A stretch of DNA of 64,000 nucleotides from Bacteroidia bacterium (GCA_025454955.1 JALONL010000003.1:271426-335425); one strand, 5' to 3'. Positions 1 to 9,836 are shown, counted from the first letter of the stretch. Notes: a model not told the origin generated them from the letters alone. Program-made: numbers and translations.

Positions 1-273
1 GTTTATTCCCCCGCCCAATTGCACTTGCAGGCCCCGTTTCGTTTCCGCGCTTAGATACAACTCCGCGGGAATAGATCTTACAGATACTGATTGGAAAGTA
101 TATGGCTTATTAAAATCGCCATCAGTTATCCGATAATAAGTAAATGCGGTTTTTGTATGTGTGCTGTGTATTCCTATTCGAATGTTCTCTTTCAGGAAAT
201 TGTAATCAATAGCATAGGTATTGCTGTTTGCGAGCAGCATAGCTGCAATAAAATAGAAAATGCGTTTTTTCAT
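1..273 (-). CDS. Partial CDS encoding the N-terminal part of a secreted hypothetical protein; the gene runs off the window's left edge
   Basis: Hand translation of the minus strand from an ATG at 273-271 gives MKKRIFYFIAAMLLANSNTYAIDYNFLK..., a signal-peptide-like start, and stays open to position 1 (91 codons, no stop). It is absent from the ORF track, probably because it has no in-window stop. The region is AT-rich. Confidence 0.35.
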   Translation of the reverse strand, partial: MKKRIFYFIAAMLLANSNTYAIDYNFLKENIRIGIHSTHTKTAFTYYRITDGDFNKPYTFQSVSVRSIPAELYLSAETKRGLQVQLGGGIN

Positions 274-513
274 GATGCGTGAGATTTTATAGAATGAGGT
301 CTTCAACAGGTAATGTGTAATTGGTGGTTATTCCATCAATATTGACGATGAAAGTGTGTTTAGGTTGTCTGTTAACCCGAAATTCCTATATCCTTAAAAC
401 TACGATTTGAAGAAATTCAAATACCGGATTTTTAATGGGTTGATTATGTCTGATACGCACCATACTGATTAGAGGTGTAACTTTTTCGTGTGCCGGAGTT
501 ATAAGGTTAAATA

Positions 514-1218
514 TTGATTATGAAAAAAGTTTTACTCCTCTTTTGGGCTGCATTTATACCGTATTTCATTTATGGAAATCCTATGAAGGGAAAATTGCCT
601 ATTCGCTTTGAAATTGGCATAATTCCGGTAAATGTGAATAGTGGTTACCGGCAAAATCTGTATAATAATCCTGTCGAGTATTTCGATGCGGTCTATGTCA
701 AATTACATTATAATAAATTTATTATACGTGCTTCGGCTGCCTATACAAGATCTCTCTGGCATTACCCTTTTCATGATTCCGAAGGGATTATTACAAGAAG
801 TGGTTTTTATAGAATAGGTGCGGGTATTCAAAAACGACTGAAAGTATCTGACGATTACTCCCGCTTTTTTGTTTTTGCGGATATGAATTATAAGCAATGG
901 GCCGGGACTGGATTTTATACTGGTAATCATGTTTTTAATACAACTTCCATCATAATGAACCGTGATTCGAAAGGCGTGGAAGTTTTGCCCGGATGTGGTA
1001 TAAATTTCCGGCTGGGAAACTGGGCACAGCTATGTGTGGAAACAGGCGTAAATATGCTGTTTGTAAGCAATAAATACACTTATCCCTTCGTGGATAACCT
1101 GCTTTTTTATCGCCCCTGCAATCATCATCAGTTTGCTGCCGGTTTTTTTCTCAGGGCTGGTTTTGCGCTGGTTCGGGTTCGCAAAGCAGCCGGGCAGGCG
1201 GTTGGCCGCGATTTCTGA
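514..1218 (+). CDS. Hypothetical secreted or outer-membrane protein
   Basis: 234-aa ORF with an N-terminal hydrophobic segment (MIMKKVLLLFWAAFIPYFIYG). It is rich in Tyr/Gly/Asn and ends in Phe, as outer-membrane beta-barrel proteins often do. No family was recognised. Confidence 0.45.
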   Translation: MIMKKVLLLFWAAFIPYFIYGNPMKGKLPIRFEIGIIPVNVNSGYRQNLYNNPVEYFDAVYVKLHYNKFIIRASAAYTRSLWHYPFHDSEGIITRSGFYRIGAGIQKRLKVSDDYSRFFVFADMNYKQWAGTGFYTGNHVFNTTSIIMNRDSKGVEVLPGCGINFRLGNWAQLCVETGVNMLFVSNKYTYPFVDNLLFYRPCNHHQFAAGFFLRAGFALVRVRKAAGQAVGRDF

Positions 1219-1354
1219 CGGAGGGTGTTTTGGGGGCAGGGCGGAAATCTGATTTAAGGCATAATTAGCAGCAAAAACAGGGTTGTGGCAGCGGCCTATT
1301 TTGCTATCTTTGCGCGGCTTTTACGCCTGCACAAAAGCCGCTAAAGCAAATCTC

Positions 1355-2656
1355 ATGAGCACAGTTTCTGCCCACTCGCCCGCACAGCTTCCGGTATCAG
1401 ACATGGCCGAGTCACTGATCGGTTCTGAAATCATTAAACTGGCCGGTGAAATCAACGAAAAAATACGCAACGGTGAAACGGTGTACAACCTCACCATCGG
1501 CGATTTTAACCCGAAGATTTTCCCCATTCCGCAGGAACTCAAACAGGCCATTGTTGATGCATATTCGGCCGACGAAACCAACTACCCCGCTGCCGATGGA
1601 ATGGTTGAACTGCGCAAAGCCGTTTCAAACCTCATCAGCCAGCGCCAGGGACTGAACTACGCGGCCGACGAAATTCTCATTGCCGGTGGTGCCCGCCCGG
1701 TGATCTACGCCATTTTCCGCACCCTCATCAACCCCGGCGATAAAATTCTTTTCCCCGTGCCGTCGTGGAACAACAACCACTACACCCACCTGAGCACCGG
1801 CAGCTACGCCCAGCAGATTTGCATCGAAACCACACCGGCCAACAAGTTTATGCCCACCGCGGCCGAACTTGCCCCGCACATTGGCAATGCGGCCCTTCTG
1901 GCACTCTGCTCGCCACTCAATCCCACGGGTACCACATTTACACAGAAAGACCTTACCGACATCTGCGATCTGGTAATTGCCGAAAACAAAAAACGCGCGG
2001 CCGAAAACCGCAAGCCGTTGTATGTAATGTACGACCAGATTTACTGGGCACTCACATTCGGCACCACCAGGCACTACGACCCCGTTTCGCTGCGCGAAGA
2101 AATGCGCCCCTATACCATTTTTGTCGATGGCATTTCCAAATCGCTGGCGGCCACCGGTGTGCGCGTGGGCTGGGCAATGGGCCCCAAAGCCATAATCGAC
2201 AAAATGAAATCCATCCTCTCGCACGTAGGTGCATGGGCACCCAAAGCCGAGCAGATGGCCACCGCACGCTACCTCGGCAATTTGCCGCAGTACGATGCGT
2301 TCCTCGATAAAATACGCGGCGAAGTGCTCACCCGCCTCAACGGCTTCCACGAAGGCTTTCAGCGTCTCAAAGCCGCCGGCCATCCTGTCGATTCCATCGC
2401 CCCCGAAGCTGCCATCTACCTCACCATTCAACTGCACCTGCACGGCAAAAAAACACCCGAAGGTCAGGTGCTCGCCACCACACGCGAGGTAACCCGCTAC
2501 GTGCTCGACCAGGCCAAAATGGCTGTGGTGCCTTTCAATGCTTTTGGCGCATCGGCCGACTCAAGCTGGTATCGCCTCTCGGTAGGAACCTGCCGCGCCG
2601 AAGATGTAACTGTGATTATCAATAGCCTCGAAGCCGCGCTCAGCCGCCTTTCCTGA
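1355..2656 (+). CDS. PLP-dependent aminotransferase, class I/II (aspartate/aromatic aminotransferase family)
   Basis: Carries an SKS...R motif (GISKSLAATGVRVGWAMGP) and the overall AAT-like fold pattern. The ORF opens at 1283, but the plausible start is the internal Met at 1355 (MSTVSAHSP). Confidence 0.85.
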   Translation: MSTVSAHSPAQLPVSDMAESLIGSEIIKLAGEINEKIRNGETVYNLTIGDFNPKIFPIPQELKQAIVDAYSADETNYPAADGMVELRKAVSNLISQRQGLNYAADEILIAGGARPVIYAIFRTLINPGDKILFPVPSWNNNHYTHLSTGSYAQQICIETTPANKFMPTAAELAPHIGNAALLALCSPLNPTGTTFTQKDLTDICDLVIAENKKRAAENRKPLYVMYDQIYWALTFGTTRHYDPVSLREEMRPYTIFVDGISKSLAATGVRVGWAMGPKAIIDKMKSILSHVGAWAPKAEQMATARYLGNLPQYDAFLDKIRGEVLTRLNGFHEGFQRLKAAGHPVDSIAPEAAIYLTIQLHLHGKKTPEGQVLATTREVTRYVLDQAKMAVVPFNAFGASADSSWYRLSVGTCRAEDVTVIINSLEAALSRLS

Positions 2657-2680
2657 TTGCCCCGTAAAGTATAGTGTAAA

Positions 2681-3769
2681 ATGAAGAATCAGTATTGTGT
2701 TATTATGGCCGGGGGTGTTGGCTCCCGCTTTTGGCCCATGAGCCGGACAGCGCATCCCAAGCAGTTTATCGATGTGCTGGGAACAGGCCGTACCCTGCTT
2801 CAACAAACCTGGGACCGCTCACTCATGATTTGTGCGGCTGAAAATATATTCGTGGTTACCAACGAAAGCTACCGCGCATTGGTGCGCGAGCAGTTGCCAG
2901 GTATTTCCGAAGAAAACATACTCAGCGAACCGGCCCGCAAAAATACCGCTCCCTGCATTGCTTACGCTTCGTGGAAAATCCGCTCAATCAACCCCGATGC
3001 CGTAATGGTGGTGGCCTCTTCCGATCACCTCATTACCAAAGAAAAAACATACGAAAAGGCCATCAAAGCCTGCATGGCAAAAGCCGCCGGTACCGATTGT
3101 CTCATTACCATCGGCATACGCCCCTCGCGTCCTGATACCGGTTACGGATACATACAGTTTATTCAATCTGATGCGCACGAACTCGACAAACGCATCAAAA
3201 AAGTGAAAACATTTACCGAAAAACCCAACCACGAAATGGCCCAGTTCTTTATCGACAGTGGCGACTTTCTCTGGAACTCGGGTATTTTCGTGTGGAGCGT
3301 GAAAAGCGTTATCAACGCGTTTGAAAAACATGATCCCGAAATGGCCGCCATTTTCAACGAAGGCGAAGGAAAATGGAATACACCTGATGAAGCAGCCTTT
3401 TTGCGCGATGCCTACATCCGCTGCAGAAATATTTCCATTGACTATGCCATCATGGAAAAGGCCGACAATGTGTATGTACGTTCTTCCATCATCGGCTGGT
3501 CCGACCTCGGCACCTGGGGTTCGCTTTACACGCATATTAAAAAGGACGAAAACCAAAATGCCGTGGTGGGCAAACAGGTAATGATGTACGACACCAAAAA
3601 CTGCGTGGTACACGTTCCCAAAGACAAACTCGTGGTCATTGAAGGGCTCGACGATTACATTGTGGTGGAGTCCGACAACATTCTGCTGATCTGTAAAAAG
3701 CAGGACGAACAGCAGATACGCACATTTGTAAACGACGTAAAAGTAGCCCGCGGCGACAAATTCGTTTAA
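2681..3769 (+). CDS. Mannose-1-phosphate guanylyltransferase (GDP-mannose pyrophosphorylase)
   Basis: N-terminal nucleotidyltransferase motif MAGGVGSRFWPMSR, and a 362-aa length typical of Bacteroidota ManC-like enzymes. Confidence 0.8.
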   Translation: MKNQYCVIMAGGVGSRFWPMSRTAHPKQFIDVLGTGRTLLQQTWDRSLMICAAENIFVVTNESYRALVREQLPGISEENILSEPARKNTAPCIAYASWKIRSINPDAVMVVASSDHLITKEKTYEKAIKACMAKAAGTDCLITIGIRPSRPDTGYGYIQFIQSDAHELDKRIKKVKTFTEKPNHEMAQFFIDSGDFLWNSGIFVWSVKSVINAFEKHDPEMAAIFNEGEGKWNTPDEAAFLRDAYIRCRNISIDYAIMEKADNVYVRSSIIGWSDLGTWGSLYTHIKKDENQNAVVGKQVMMYDTKNCVVHVPKDKLVVIEGLDDYIVVESDNILLICKKQDEQQIRTFVNDVKVARGDKFV

Positions 3770-3771
3770 CC

Positions 3772-4263
3772 ATGTTAAGAGCTTCCGTTTTTCTGCTTCT
3801 GTTGCTGGCCGTGGCCTGCAAGCCCAAACCGCAACCCCGCGTGGCCATTCCCGTAAAAGATACTACGGCAGTAGTGGTAAAAAAACTCACTTACAAACCT
3901 GTTGAGGTAATCGGCAACTGGCACTCGCACCGGCCCTGGAACAACAGGGAAGTAACGCTTAAAGTGCGCTCCGATTCTACGATGGTGTTTATTGGCAAAG
4001 TCATGGAAAAAGGCGATACGACCTATTTCGTGGCCATTGGCGACTGGGAGGTTATTGCCGATACCATTCTTAACATGAAACTAATTACAGACGGAAGGAA
4101 GTACGAACCTAAGAATCTTTTTCCGGAACTGTATGCCAACGGAGCCACCCCCAAATTGTTCAACGCGCCCATTACCGCCTCATACATAATTGGCGACAAA
4201 CACCTCTACAATATCACTAAAAATGCGCGAGATACCACGCAGTATTTTGACCAGATGAAGTAG
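3772..4263 (+). CDS. Hypothetical lipoprotein
   Basis: Signal peptide with a lipobox-like cysteine (LLLLLAVACKPK). It begins 3 bp after the manC-like stop. Confidence 0.5.
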   Translation: MLRASVFLLLLLAVACKPKPQPRVAIPVKDTTAVVVKKLTYKPVEVIGNWHSHRPWNNREVTLKVRSDSTMVFIGKVMEKGDTTYFVAIGDWEVIADTILNMKLITDGRKYEPKNLFPELYANGATPKLFNAPITASYIIGDKHLYNITKNARDTTQYFDQMK

Positions 4264-4269
4264 TCCCGG

Positions 4270-4899
4270 TTAATTTCGTTTTACCGGTTCTTTGCCGCGC
4301 ACATAGCCGCGGTAAGCGCCAGAGAAAAACACATCCACGCGCACACCTATAATCTGGTTGAGGTCGTTTATGTCGGCAAAAAATGCGGTACCTACTCCGA
4401 AATCGTAATTCAGTTTTCTGATGTATTGATATTCGAGGTACAGACCGGCTTTGCGATAAGGATTTTGCCCGTCGTAATGCCCGGCATAAATAAAACGATA
4501 GCCTGTGCTGTAACTGATGCCGGCCAGATACGAGCGGTTCATTTTTTCGTTTTCACGGCGTTTGAAAATGTAGCCTAAATGGCCGTGATAGTTGTTCCAG
4601 TTGCCAAACCTGTCGCCGCTGAACATGCCGCCCACGCGGAAATAATATTGCTTCAGGTGGAAATTGAAATTGAGTCCGAAAGCCAGTTGCGTGCGCGGAT
4701 TGTCGGAATGCCAGGCGGGGCCGGCACCGGCGCTTATCCAGTTGTTATATACCCGGAAGCGTTTGTCCTTAAACACCACTTCTTTTTTTGCATTGTAAAC
4801 GGTGTCGTTTTGTGCAAACAGGCTGAGGGCCGGTGCAAGAAGCATGGCGGCGGCAAACAACAGGCGTATAACGGGAGAGGCTTTCATCATCATCATCAC
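4270..4899 (-). CDS. Hypothetical secreted or outer-membrane protein
   Basis: N-terminal signal peptide (MKASPVIRLLFAAAMLLAPALSLFAQ) and Gly/Tyr/Asn-rich, beta-barrel-like composition. The start is probably the M at about 4887 rather than the MMMMM run. Confidence 0.5.
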   Translation of the reverse strand: MMMMMKASPVIRLLFAAAMLLAPALSLFAQNDTVYNAKKEVVFKDKRFRVYNNWISAGAGPAWHSDNPRTQLAFGLNFNFHLKQYYFRVGGMFSGDRFGNWNNYHGHLGYIFKRRENEKMNRSYLAGISYSTGYRFIYAGHYDGQNPYRKAGLYLEYQYIRKLNYDFGVGTAFFADINDLNQIIGVRVDVFFSGAYRGYVRGKEPVKRN

Positions 4900-4980
4900 T
4901 TCTGCTTGGTAAATATACGCAGACCGGCCCTGCTTTAGTGTGGCTGAACCGGTCTGCGGTATTAACGGCTTTGTAAGTGG

Positions 4981-6378
4981 TTATTTGAGCGAGCCGGTCA
5001 TGTCTTCGGGGCGCACCCACTCGTCGAATTGTTCGGGAGTGAGGTAGCCTGTTTCCACGGCGGCGGCTTTCAGTGTTTTGCCTTCCTTGTGTGCTTTCTT
5101 GGCAATTTCGGCGGCTTTGTAGTAGCCAATGTGCGGGTTGAGTGCGGTAACCAGCATGAGCGAATTTTCGAGATGCTGTTTAATTACCGGTTCGTTGGCG
5201 GCAATGCCGTCGGCACATTTTTCGGTAAACGATACGCAGGCATCGCCAATGAGGCGGGCACTCTGCAGCACGTTGGCGGCAATGAGCGGCTTAAACACGT
5301 TGAGTTCGAAATGTCCGTTTGAACCGCCAATGCTCACGGCCACGTCGTTGCCCATTACCTGGGCGCAAACCATGGTGAGGGCTTCGGGCTGTGTGGGATT
5401 TACTTTGCCGGGCATAATGGATGAGCCGGGCTCGTTGTCGGGGATAATGATTTCGCCAATGCCGCAGCGCGGGCCGGAGCTTAACATGCGTATGTCGTTG
5501 GCAATTTTCATGAGCGACACGGCTGCGCGTTTAAGTGCGCCCGAGAGTTCCACCATGGCATCGTGTGCAGCCAGTGCTTCGAATTTGTTGGGGGCCGTTA
5601 CAAACGGCAGGCCGGTAAATTCGGCAATTTTTTTGGCCACCAGCACATCGTAGCCCGCGGGTGTGTTAAGGCCTGTGCCTACGGCGGTGCCGCCCAGCGC
5701 AAGTTCGCGCACCATTTCCAGCGCATTGCGCACGGCGCGCATGCTGTTGTCCAGTTGCTGCACGTAGCCGCCAAACTCCTGACCTAATGTAAGCGGCGTG
5801 GCATCCATAAAGTGGGTGCGGCCGGTTTTTACAATAGTGGCAAACTCCGCAGCCTTTTTGGCCAAACTGTCGCGCAGGCGCTGTATGCCCGGCAGCGTAA
5901 CCTCTGTGGTGAGCTTGTAGGCCGCAATGTGCATGGCCGTGGGGTAAGTATCGTTCGACGATTGCGACTTGTTTACATCGTCGTTCGGGTTCAGTGCCTT
6001 TTTCTCGTCGGTAAGCTGCCCGCCGCTTATTACGTGGCCGCGGTAGGCAATTACTTCGTTGGCGTTCATGTTGCTCTGTGTGCCCGAGCCGGTTTGCCAG
6101 ATTACCAGCGGAAATTGCTCGTCGAGTTTGCCCGCCAGAATTTCGTCGCACACCTGCGAAATGAGGTCGCGCTTGGCTGCTTCCAATACGCCGAGGTCGT
6201 GGTTGGCGTGTGCGGCTGCTTTCTTCAGGTAAGCGAAAGCGTAGATGATTTCTTTGGGCATACTGGCCTCAGGGCCAATGCGGAAGTTGTTGCGCGAGCG
6301 TTCGGTTTGTGCGCCCCAGTATTTATCGGCGGGTACCTGTACCTCGCCCATGGTGTCTTTTTCTATGCGGTAGTTCAT
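4981..6378 (-). CDS. fumC: Fumarate hydratase, class II
   Basis: Canonical fumarase/aspartase family signature [13 protein letters not shown], and an N-terminus [28 protein letters not shown] typical of FumC. Confidence 0.95.
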   Translation of the reverse strand: MNYRIEKDTMGEVQVPADKYWGAQTERSRNNFRIGPEASMPKEIIYAFAYLKKAAAHANHDLGVLEAAKRDLISQVCDEILAGKLDEQFPLVIWQTGSGTQSNMNANEVIAYRGHVISGGQLTDEKKALNPNDDVNKSQSSNDTYPTAMHIAAYKLTTEVTLPGIQRLRDSLAKKAAEFATIVKTGRTHFMDATPLTLGQEFGGYVQQLDNSMRAVRNALEMVRELALGGTAVGTGLNTPAGYDVLVAKKIAEFTGLPFVTAPNKFEALAAHDAMVELSGALKRAAVSLMKIANDIRMLSSGPRCGIGEIIIPDNEPGSSIMPGKVNPTQPEALTMVCAQVMGNDVAVSIGGSNGHFELNVFKPLIAANVLQSARLIGDACVSFTEKCADGIAANEPVIKQHLENSLMLVTALNPHIGYYKAAEIAKKAHKEGKTLKAAAVETGYLTPEQFDEWVRPEDMTGSLK

Positions 6379-6394
6379 TGGTGGATGATTGTTT

Positions 6395-6997
6395 TTATGC
6401 GATGTTTTTTATCCGGTGTTCAAATTGAGCCACAAATTCGGCGAAGAACCGAACCTGCAGGAGTTTCTGGAAGTTGATGGTGGTGAAAAGTCTGGGACAG
6501 TCAATTGGTCTGTATCCACACTCAGAAATGAGTAGTTCTTTTGGCTCTTTTCTGTGCATAGGATCTGTAGGATCGTCGCTTGAATTTGGATAGATGAAAC
6601 TTGTATTGTAAAAGTTGTTTACACAATCTGTATCAGCGAGTAAAAGTGTTTCCATTTCAAAAATACAGATCAGGTAGGTCACATTTTGTCCTATTGCATT
6701 ACCTAGTTTGTATATCCTGTTCAGTCTTTCTTCTAATTCAGGTTCATTTTCCAGTGCATCTGAATCACGGATATATACAACAAAGTCTGGTTGTTCAGAT
6801 ATATATTCTCTCTTTAGTTGGTTTAGTACTACTGTTTCCTTTTCACTTAAATTATGCAAATCAACATTATCTAAATTACCCCCTTTAAAGTTTGTAATGA
6901 GTGATTTATACTCAATGTGGTTAGGGTACTGCCTCTTAAACAAATTAATAAATGCCTGAGTGTCGTTTGGCGACTCTCCAATTAACCCAATTTTCAT
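6395..6997 (-). CDS. Small TOPRIM-like protein (DUF4276-like or OLD-family nuclease-like partner) of the adjacent ATPase
   Basis: 200 aa. It has a conserved acidic pattern of an E in [12 protein letters not shown] followed by a DxD in [11 protein letters not shown], plus a later [11 protein letters not shown] segment, which is compatible with a TOPRIM fold. Its start overlaps the upstream ATPase stop by 4 bp (6994-6997). The module is AT-rich. Confidence 0.55.
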   Translation of the reverse strand: MKIGLIGESPNDTQAFINLFKRQYPNHIEYKSLITNFKGGNLDNVDLHNLSEKETVVLNQLKREYISEQPDFVVYIRDSDALENEPELEERLNRIYKLGNAIGQNVTYLICIFEMETLLLADTDCVNNFYNTSFIYPNSSDDPTDPMHRKEPKELLISECGYRPIDCPRLFTTINFQKLLQVRFFAEFVAQFEHRIKNIA

Positions 6998-8181
6998 TGC
7001 TGTATGCTGTTTAAATCGGAGTGTGTCCAGTAAAGACTTAAATAACCTACATCCTCTAGATAGCCGATAGCTTTTTCCCTTTGCTTTTCAGAAAGGTGGT
7101 TGAATGTGGTACCTTTTTCGTTATTGAAAGAACAGATAATGATGCTGTCTAAGTCGTCTTTTTCTAAAATGTCTAAAGCAACTGGTGAATGGGTGGTAAT
7201 AATTATTTGTTTGTTTCTTGCTTCTTCTTGAAGGAGAAGCATTAATTGATAGAGTTGGTTTGGGTGAATTCCCAATTCAGGTTCTTCAATAATAATTGTG
7301 GTGTCTCGTGTTTTTGATTTATTCGTTTCCGTTCTCTTTCCATCAATTGGCCATAATTCGTCATTGTCAAATAATGAAAAGAAAATTATTACTAGTCTCT
7401 TGGTTCCATCCGAAAGTTGGTTAAAAGAGTTCCATCGGTTGTTTTGGAAGAACTCAAAGTATAAATTAGAGACGGTTAAAGTAAAGTCTTTTAAAGAAAA
7501 TTCGACAGAAAAGTTCTTTGAAATTCGTATGTCTGAAAATGGAGCGTAATTGATTTTACGCTTTATAGCTGATATATATTGTTCAATAGTTTTTGTCCAA
7601 ACAGATGCTAAATTGTCAATATCAAAAAGGTTTTTATGATTTGATGCAATTCCATATTTCAAGAAAAAAGCAAAATATGTCTCATGTGGAGCAATTGATA
7701 ACAGTTGTAAGATGTGTGTATCTGATTGTTCGAGCGGGATCTGAATAGAATTATTTACGGGCGCGTCCAGAAAAAGACTTCCGCTCGGTATACCATGAGG
7801 GATGATTTCATGAAATGGGAATACTTCCTCTTTCCCATAATACGCTGCTCTAAAGTCTCTTAGAATTGTTAACTTGATATTACTCGATAATAATCCGGTT
7901 AAAGAATATTCTGTATATGGTTGCTCTTGAACGTTGTGGTTATTGTTTGAATCAATAATGTTCTCTGCTAACAAATTAAGTCCATTGAAAAAAGAAATTT
8001 GGGCATTGAATTTATCATATCCACCATTTTGAGTTATCGATAATACTTCATTCAATATCTCCACAAAATTCGTCTTCCCACTCCCATTCTCCCCAATAAT
8101 AATATTCAACCCCGGCTTAAACGAAACCGAAGCATCCTTAATGGTCTTGTAATTCTTTACGTTAACTGATGATATAGGCAT
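6994..8181 (-). CDS. ABC-type AAA ATPase (AAA_15/AAA_21-like, the ATPase component found in OLD, PARIS and AbiL-class systems)
   Basis: Walker A IIGENGSGKTNF; Walker B/D-loop TTIIIEEPELGIHP; H-loop-like IITTHSP. The region is AT-rich compared with its flanks. Confidence 0.8.
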   Translation of the reverse strand: MPISSVNVKNYKTIKDASVSFKPGLNIIIGENGSGKTNFVEILNEVLSITQNGGYDKFNAQISFFNGLNLLAENIIDSNNNHNVQEQPYTEYSLTGLLSSNIKLTILRDFRAAYYGKEEVFPFHEIIPHGIPSGSLFLDAPVNNSIQIPLEQSDTHILQLLSIAPHETYFAFFLKYGIASNHKNLFDIDNLASVWTKTIEQYISAIKRKINYAPFSDIRISKNFSVEFSLKDFTLTVSNLYFEFFQNNRWNSFNQLSDGTKRLVIIFFSLFDNDELWPIDGKRTETNKSKTRDTTIIIEEPELGIHPNQLYQLMLLLQEEARNKQIIITTHSPVALDILEKDDLDSIIICSFNNEKGTTFNHLSEKQREKAIGYLEDVGYLSLYWTHSDLNSIQQ

Positions 8182-8193
8182 AGCAAAGTAAAG

Positions 8194-8547
8194 TTAGAAT
8201 AAACTCATTACATTTTCCACCGGCCGCCCAATCACCGCCTTCTTCCCCTTCACCACAATAGGCCGCTCAATCAGCACCGGAAATTTCACCAGCACCTTCA
8301 CCCACTGCTTCTCCGTCATTTTCTTCCCCGCAAACTTCTCCTTAAACAACGGCTCCTTGGTACGCACAAGTTCTGCCGCAGAAATATTCAGTTTCTGCAG
8401 CAGATCATTGAGCATGTCTTCGGTAAGGGTATCGGTGAGGTAATTAATTACCGTCACTTCGGCGTGCTGCTCATCCAGCACGCACATCGCTTCGCGGCTT
8501 TTTGCGCAGCGGTTGTTGTGCCAGATGGTTATTTTAGCTTTGCCCAT
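8194..8547 (-). CDS. ArsC/Spx-family protein (arsenate-reductase-like, YffB type)
   Basis: 117 aa. The N-terminal redox-motif context ITIWHNNRCAKSREAMCVL is typical of the ArsC family. Confidence 0.7.
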   Translation of the reverse strand: MGKAKITIWHNNRCAKSREAMCVLDEQHAEVTVINYLTDTLTEDMLNDLLQKLNISAAELVRTKEPLFKEKFAGKKMTEKQWVKVLVKFPVLIERPIVVKGKKAVIGRPVENVMSLF

Positions 8548-8548
8548 T

Positions 8549-9668
8549 TTACTTCTTGTCGGGAGCCAGTTCGGTGTTCCAGCTTGCGCCGTACTCCATC
8601 AGGTAGGCTTTAATGAAGTCGTTCAGGTTGCCGTCAAGCACGCCCTGCGCGTCAGACGTCTCGTAGTCGGTGCGCAGGTCTTTTACCAGTTTGTACGGGT
8701 GCAGCACGTAGTTGCGTATCTGCGATCCCCATTCAATCTTCTTCATCGTGCCGCGTATGGCCTGGGTCGATTCCATGCGCTTGCGCATCTCTATTTCGTA
8801 AAGCTGCGATTTGAGCAGGCGTATGGCATTGTCGCGGTTGGTGTGCTGCGAACGCGATTCCTGGTTTTTGATAATAATGCCGGTGGGCTTGTGATACAAA
8901 CGTACCGCGGTTTCCACCTTGTTTACGTTCTGTCCGCCCGCACCGCCCGAGCGGAAAGTTTCCCATTCGCAGTCGGCCGGGTTCACTTCTATGTCAATGG
9001 TATCGTCAATAAGCGGATAGCAGTACACCGAAGAAAACGAAGTATGTCGGCGCGCATTCGAGTCAAACGGCGAAATGCGCACAAGGCGGTGTACACCGTT
9101 TTCGCCTTTCAGGTAGCCAAAAGCGTTTTCGCCTTCAAACTCCAGCGTAACCGATTTTACACCGGCCGTTTCGCCTTCCTGCATATCGGCTTCCTTCACC
9201 TTCATGCCGTTCTTCTCGCCCCACATAATGTACATGCGCATGAGCATCGAAGTCCAGTCCTGGCTTTCGGTACCGCCTGCGCCCGAGTTTATGGTGAGCA
9301 CGGCATTCAGGTGATCTTCGCGGCCGCTGAGCATGTTGCGGAATTCAAGGTCTTCAATTTTTGTAACAGTTTCCGCAAACTGCGCGTCCAGATCAGCTTC
9401 GCTCGCATCGCCCGCCTTGAAAAACTCGAACATCACGTTCATGTCTTCCACAGCAGCATCCAACTGTGCGAAGGCTTCCGTCCAATTCTTTTTCTTCTTG
9501 ATTTCTTTCAGCAGCGCCTCGGCCTGCTTGGGATCGTCCCAAAACCCGGCGGCCTGACTTACAGCCTCTTCTTCGGCTATTTTCAACAGTTTCCCGTCGA
9601 TGTCAAAGATGCCTCCTTAACGCATCCCGACGCCCGGCTAATTCCTTTATCTGTTCTATTGTAATCAT
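8549..9668 (-). CDS. prfB: Peptide chain release factor 2, with a programmed +1 ribosomal frameshift
   Basis: GGQ motif ([17 protein letters not shown]) and the RF2 family fold. Frame 0 starts at the ATG at 9668-9666 and reads 21 codons ([21 protein letters not shown]) to a TGA at 9605-9603. That TGA sits in the classic recoding site AGGAGG CAT CTT TGA C, and the +1 frame then continues to 8549. Confidence 0.9.
9602..9620 (-). other. prfB: prfB +1 programmed frameshift site: an internal Shine-Dalgarno-like AGGAGG, then the CUU UGA C slippery/stop context
   Basis: On the minus strand, 9620 to 9601 reads TTA AGG AGG CAT CTT TGA CA, which is the conserved autoregulatory RF2 recoding motif. Confidence 0.85.
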
Positions 9669-9836
9669 GGGCGCAAAGGTAGCAAAAAGCACGGCTGCAA
9701 ATTCAGAAGGCAGATTCTTGTATGCAGTAGCGAGTCGGGGAAGCAATAAAGAACCACCTGTTCCCGCCCTTCTAATACATGGTAAAGCGTGCGGTCGGGG
9801 CTATATATTCATACCGTCCGGTGTTTCAAAAAACCA

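Noticed and set aside
91-282. 63-aa plus-strand ORF at the window start
   Set aside because: It lies entirely antisense to a longer minus-strand ORF that has a convincing signal peptide (273 to 1). It has no start context or recognisable features of its own.
1625-2443. 272-aa antisense ORF, and several others, inside the aminotransferase gene
   Set aside because: This is a GC-rich coding region, and long stop-free antisense frames are expected there. The translation is low-complexity and Gly/Ala/Val-rich with no signal of selection, and the sense-strand gene has strong family motifs.
4921-4958. Weak hairpin between fumC and the upstream outer-membrane-like gene, a possible terminator
   Set aside because: It has only a 7-bp stem with a ~21-nt loop and no flanking T-run on either strand. 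That is insufficient to call a terminator.
5666-6477. Antisense and overlapping ORFs (161, 221 and 174 aa) within fumC
   Set aside because: They overlap the confidently identified fumC on the opposite strand or in shifted frames, and their Arg/His/Cys-rich composition is typical of antisense reading of GC-rich genes.
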